The notes beneath the pieces are model-generated. The model saw nothing but the letters and a program-made list of their open reading frames with translations, was not told where the DNA came from and made no database searches. Below, piece by piece: positions 57,893 through 64,000 of a DNA stretch of 64,000 bases. How positions within the stretch are numbered: the stretch's first letter is position 1; each line of letters starts with the position of its first letter. This DNA comes from Blastocystis sp. Blastoise. Taxonomy: Eukaryota; Protista; Bigyra: Opalinata. The stretch is taken from the NCBI GenBank assembly GCA_039096225.1, contig JBBPEB010000013.1, forward strand, positions 186,001 to 250,000, written 5' to 3'. The position numbers were made by a program, and so were the translations under genes.

Positions 57893-58686
57893 AATAATAA
57901 TAATAGATTACCTTATCATATGTCATAAGCTTTGATTTCATTGGATTACCAGCAACGTATCGTCCAATCAAACCGCATGTATCAATTACACCTCCTTCTC
58001 TAGCTATTAATATATCAATACATCCATCAGAACAATGGCAATATTTGGCATCTATAATAGTATATTATATATATATATAGAGATTAGTAATAATAAATAT
58101 AATAGGTATAATAATAAGTATAATAATATACCATAAGGAGCATTAACACAGACACCTATAGTAATATAATCACTTTCTTCTTCCTGCCATGTCCCAAGGG
58201 AATTCTCTAATGTTCTATAGATATGTATAATAATAACAATAATAATCATATATATATAAATATATATATACATATCTCTAGTACAACCAAAGATATCCCA
58301 TCCCGAACTATCGTTATTAAATATATAATTATAATCATTATCAGGATTTGATTCACATGCACGTGAATAGACATGATCACCCCATGTGGGAAGGGAACAC
58401 AAACATGAATAATTATCATTATAATCAACATCACTAGAAAGAATAATAACATAAAATATAGAAAAATATATATTACTATATATATATACTTTTCATCATA
58501 TTTTTGTGATGATTGTTTTTCATCTATATATTAATATAGAATTAAAATAATACAATAAAATATATATATATATATATATATATACTCATATATATGTTAT
58601 GAATACATCGAAGTGGTTTTTGAAGAGATATATACTGACCTTCTTTACATATAGGGCAACCAACTCTATATATATATATATATAAG

Positions 58687-58718
<32 letters not shown>

Positions 58719-58939
58719 ACTTATCTCGTTTGCATTTTTTCATCATTTTACTGGATTTATTTGGATTAATAGGTAACTATATATATATATAATTTTAAAA
58801 TAAAATATAAGTATCTATATACATATTTTAAAGTAGCGTGATGTTTCTGTCTGTTAAGAAGCCCCCATTTCATCTAACAGAATATATATATATATTTAAT
58901 ATATATAAAAATAATATTACTAAATATTTCTATTAAATG

Positions 58940-59012
<73 letters not shown>

Positions 59013-59135
59013 TTTAAGACATCCATATCGTAGACATTTATATTTTCTGAATTCCTCGTAATCTTGAACCATGTCTCCTCCTACACCCCAAACAACACCA
59101 CATATACAATACTTTATACGAATATCCTCATTCTC

Positions 59136-59176
<41 letters not shown>

Positions 59177-59688
59177 CTTTATTATTGTCTTTATTATTAT
59201 TATTATTATCACTATCTTCATTATTATTATCTTCATTATTATTATCTTCATTATTATTTGCATTTTTATTTGATTTATCTTTATTATTATTGGATTCATC
59301 ATGAACACAAACATTATGATCTTCAAAATGATTGGCTGATTCCATATTATTCTCTATTTCATTTTTATTATTGACCATTTCATTATTATCTGTAGAATTA
59401 TTTAATGAAACACTAGGAATACTTTTATCTATATCTATATCTATATCTATATCATTATTTTTATTATTATTATGGTGTTCATTATTTTTATTATTATTGT
59501 TTTCATTACTATTCTTATTTTCTATATTATTACTAGATTCTTCTGGTCCCTCAAATCCCTCTTCCATTTCCGCGGGACCATCTTCCCCGTAAATATATTG
59601 AGCATTAAATAACGAAGAATTAGTATTCACATTATTCTCATTTTCTTTATCCTTTTTATTATTATTATTATCCTTATTATTTATATTC

Positions 59689-59723
<35 letters not shown>

Positions 59724-59835
59724 TATATTTTTATCCTTATTATTATTACCATTATTATCATCGTTATTATCATTATTATTATCATCATTATTATTATTAT
59801 TATCTTCATTATTATTATGATTATTATTATTATTA

Positions 59836-59872
<37 letters not shown>

Positions 59873-60865
59873 CCTTCGATTCCACTTTATTAATATTCAT
59901 ATATTTTGTATCCTTTTGAATTATATTATTACACATATAATCTTCAGTAATTGTAATTGTTTGAATCGATTTCCGAGGTATTAAAGCAGGCTTAATTATT
60001 TCTTTAGAGACATTCCCACGGTTATCTTGATCTGCAAGAATCTTTTTATTTGTTTCATCCAAAGAATATGTGTATGGGTTAAATTTATTTTCAATATTAT
60101 ATAAATTTACATAATTCATACCATTTTTATTATTATTATTATTATCATTACTACCTGTTCCATTTGAATTTGGATGATTTGAAGAATATATATTAGTATT
60201 ATTATCAAAACAACAACAAGACGTATTTGAATCTTGATATTTTGGTTCATTTTCAGCAGCTAAATTCATATACTGATTTTCAACAGGAAGACGTTCACAA
60301 CAACATAATAAAGCATCATTTGATTGGTTATCCATTGTGTTTAATTGTGTTTCTGATGCGTCATGAGGAGTATCACTGATACAAAGATTTTGATTGGATA
60401 CAAATGATTTATTTACTAATAATTCATTATACTCTTTTTCTTTTATTTGTTTCTTTTCTTTTTTTATATTAACATAACAACAATTACAGCAACATTTATC
60501 TGTATTCATTAATTCATCATTAATATTAACATCTTTACTTGATAATTGATAACAGTTACAGCAACAATGGGTCACTTCATGATTCATATATTCAACATTA
60601 TAAGTATCTCTACTAATACTACTTGTATTATAACAACATTTACAATAACAACTATTCTTTTTATCATTACTATTATTATATAAATTACTATATAAACTAC
60701 CACGATCTCTATATAAAGAACCACTTAAACTTGAATTTTCAGAATAATTACGTGAATTTGATGTTCTCATTTCATTTTGAGATATTAAGTCCAAATTATT
60801 TAAAGATATACCATTATTCTCAATTTCTTCTACACATAAACTTGTATTTAATATTGATTCTTCCA

Positions 60866-60949
<84 letters not shown>

Positions 60950-61140
60950 CTGAAATATTATTATTATTATTATTATTATTATTATCATAGTCTTGTTGGT
61001 TTATACGTATAATATCTTGATCTTCAAGACAATCTGTTATTTGTGAAGGTAGAGGCGTAGATTTATATAGATGTCCCTTAGGAGAATGAATAGGAGAAAT
61101 AGATAACGTAGAAACTGGAACAGATACAGATAATGTTGGA

Positions 61141-61208
<68 letters not shown>

Positions 61209-61288
61209 AAATATAATTAATATAATTAATATTAATATATTAATATATATACGGGCTAAATCACCATTTAAAGTATATTTATTGTTAA

Positions 61289-61348
<60 letters not shown>

Positions 61349-62121
61349 GATGATGTCTCTTTTTATGATTCTTCTTTTCTTGATAATAACAAGATTTGCA
61401 GCAGCATCCTAAGGCACCGTTATGTTGAAGATCCGATGTATCTAGAATAGTATATAGAATAATTTTATAGTTATAGCATATATATATAAATATATTTACC
61501 TATTTTTCCAGATATATTTTTAATTGGTTTTACATATGAATTATCAAAACAGCATCGTTGTACTTCATAATAAGCATCTAGATTATATAAATATAATAGT
61601 AGTTCTAATATAATAATTTTTATAAAATAAAAAACATAAAAATATATAAAGAAAATGTAATGTAATATATATATATACTCTTTTCAAAAGTAGATAAATC
61701 ATTTAGTATTTGAGAATGTGCTTGAATCATCATGGACTCAAATGCACTAGTAGATATATTATTATTTATATCATCATCATTATTTGGATTTAATAATATA
61801 TATTCATTGTCATCATTTAATATATATACATATTTATTACAACAATAAGTAGCTTTAGGTTTTCTTTTTATAAGTTTATTATTATTAGAATCATTATTAT
61901 TATCTAAGTATTTCTCTATTAATTGAGAAGGTTTATGGTGGTCACAACAACATAATTCTAATTTATACGTGTTTTTACTATTATAACAGCATTTACAACA
62001 AGAATGTACTTCTATATCATCTTCTACTGGGATTTCTGAAGAATTATCATTATCATGGATTGAGAGAGGAATAGAATTAGATGAATTCATATCACAATCA
62101 TTACGTAAAAGACTTGAAGTT

Positions 62122-62211
<90 letters not shown>

Positions 62212-64000
62212 GTATTAGTATTATTAGAATTATTATCATTATTATTATCATTATTATTATTATTATTAGAATTATTATTATCTTCTAAAAGAAGAGGAGT
62301 GTTTAAAGAATTTTGTTTTGATCGACAGAAGAGCCAATCAAAGCATGTTCGTTGAGCAGGATCACGTGACATATGTTTCTCATTTATATTGTTATTATCG
62401 TTATCTTTATCTTTATTATTATTATTATTATTATTATCCTTATTATTATCCTTATTATTATTATTATTATCACTATTATTATTATTTGAATTAAAATAAT
62501 CATGATAAATAAGAGATGGAGATTGATCAGGTAATAAATTCGATTGAATAGAATTATTATTAATAGTATTTAAAGAAGATATATTATTATTATTACTCTT
62601 TCCTTCTATAGCGTTCTCTATAGATGAAGGTATAGTATTAATATTAGCACGTTGTTGAATACCATCAAAATCAATATTAGGAGAAGATTGAGGAGGAATA
62701 GGATAGAAACTAGATTCTTGATTTGATGTAAGTATATTATAAGTAGAATCATTTAAAGAATAAGAAGAAGAAGAACCATCTAAACGATTTAAATTACTAT
62801 TTGTACTTGTAGATAAATGAGATGATAAAAGTATATCTGTAGATGAAATAGAATGATCTGTTATAATATCATGAGAAAGAATAGGGAGAAGTGGAGGAAG
62901 AAGATTTGAAGATGTTGAGATAGGTGAAGAAATATTAGGAATAATAGTAATAGCTTTATTATTTCTATTAGGAAGAGGAGGAAGAGGAGGAGGAAGAAGA
63001 GGAGGAAGAGGAGGAAGAGGAGGAAGAGGAGGAGGAGGAGGAAGAGTATTTATATCAACTCCAGTAGCTAGAGGTGGAGGAAGAATAAAAGTATTTTTAT
63101 TAGCATTTTTAGTATCATCAATAATTATATCCTTTGAATTTTTATTGATAATAAGAGTTTGTAAAGAAGACTCAAGAGAAGATTGGCATATAGTTTCTTC
63201 TCCTTTATTATTATTATTGTCAATAGGGGAAGATAAAGAGTCAATAGTTTCGAGTTTAGTATGATTAACAGTATGTATATCTATAGGTACAGAAGAAGAA
63301 GAGGATGAAGAGGATATATATATATTATTAGCTAAAGGTGATGTTGATAGAGTAATAGGAATATAAGAGATATCATGATTATCTAGAGAAGACGGATAAG
63401 ATGTATTTATAATAGCAGAAGGAAAAGAGGGAGAAGTATAACGAGATATCATAGATGAAGTAATAGGACTTCGTGTTAAAGATGAAGGTGACAATCGTAT
63501 ATTCTTAGATATATCATCTATATTCTCTATATTCTTAGATATATCATCTATATTCTCTATATTCTTAGATATATCATCTATATTCTCTATATTCTTAGAT
63601 ATATCATCTATATTCTCTATATTCTTAGATATATCATCTATATTCTCTATATTCTTAGATATATCATCATTATTCTCAGATATATCATCATTATTCTCTA
63701 TATTCTTAGATATATCATCTATATTCTCTATATTCTTAGATATATCATCTATATTCTCTATATTCTCAGATATGTTTTGAGAAGAAGAAGAAACAGGTAT
63801 AGATGTAGATATGTCTTCAAAAGATGGCATAGATACTTTTGTAGAAATCTCTAAAATATTCTGAGAAGATGATGAATTCCCGTTATTATTTCTATCTCCA
63901 TTTTGATCTTCATCAATTGATTCTTCATATTGTAATAATGGTGTTCGAATAGAATTCTTTTCATCCAGATTTTTTGATGAATGTTTAAATAGAGATGAGA
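57653..64000 (-). CDS. Sphingosine/ceramide kinase-like (DAGK superfamily) protein, 3' part, with a >1500-aa low-complexity insertion; starts beyond the window
   Basis: GVVWGVGGDMVQDYEEFRKYKCLRY (SphK WG..AD....SE..R..G..R[FY]), SDGCIDILI, CKDVFI, VNIDGEEY; stop at 57653-57655. Confidence 0.7.
63499..63772 (-). repeat. Coding 30-bp tandem repeat (ENIDDISKNI)n, about 9 units with variants
   Basis: Repeated attctctatattcttagatatatcatctat units. Confidence 0.92.

Noticed and set aside
63499-63772. CRISPR-like regular 30-bp repeats
   Set aside because: Head-to-tail coding repeats without unique spacers, in a eukaryotic ORF.

Overview
Very AT-rich, intron-dense eukaryotic nuclear DNA in the standard genetic code. 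It is probably from a stramenopile protist; a Blastocystis/Opalinata-like origin is my inference from protein motifs, not a database result. By hand-splicing I can trace 16 apparently intact genes, two of them running off the window: cyclin H, NDUFA8-like, an EGF membrane protein, DRG1, a Pumilio protein, PFK-2/FBPase-2, a TBC RabGAP, MetAP2, SNRNP40, TIM44, a PX-AGC kinase, a Trf4-like nucleotidyltransferase, two glycosyltransferase-like type II membrane proteins, eIF2-gamma and a coiled-coil protein. A 17th is a sphingosine/ceramide-kinase-like gene with a giant insertion; it and cyclin H are the two truncated by the window edges. Main discoveries: (1) a 6.24-kb non-autonomous hAT-type DNA transposon (1647-7885, perfect 12-bp TIRs, 8-bp TSD) carrying a decayed multi-exon host gene and two tRNA pseudogenes, i.e. 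a 'Pack-hAT'. (2) An octamer CRCGGGAA seen 15 times where fewer than 1 is expected, written into coding exons through rare codons as well as into promoters. (3) Introns bracketed by, or made entirely of, self-complementary (TA)n. (4) A U12-type AT-AC intron. (5) A probably catalytically dead, tail-anchored Trf4-like protein. Most ORFs in the supplied track (poly-I/Y/L/N) are microsatellite artefacts. All exon models and protein identities come from manual reading and recalled motifs.
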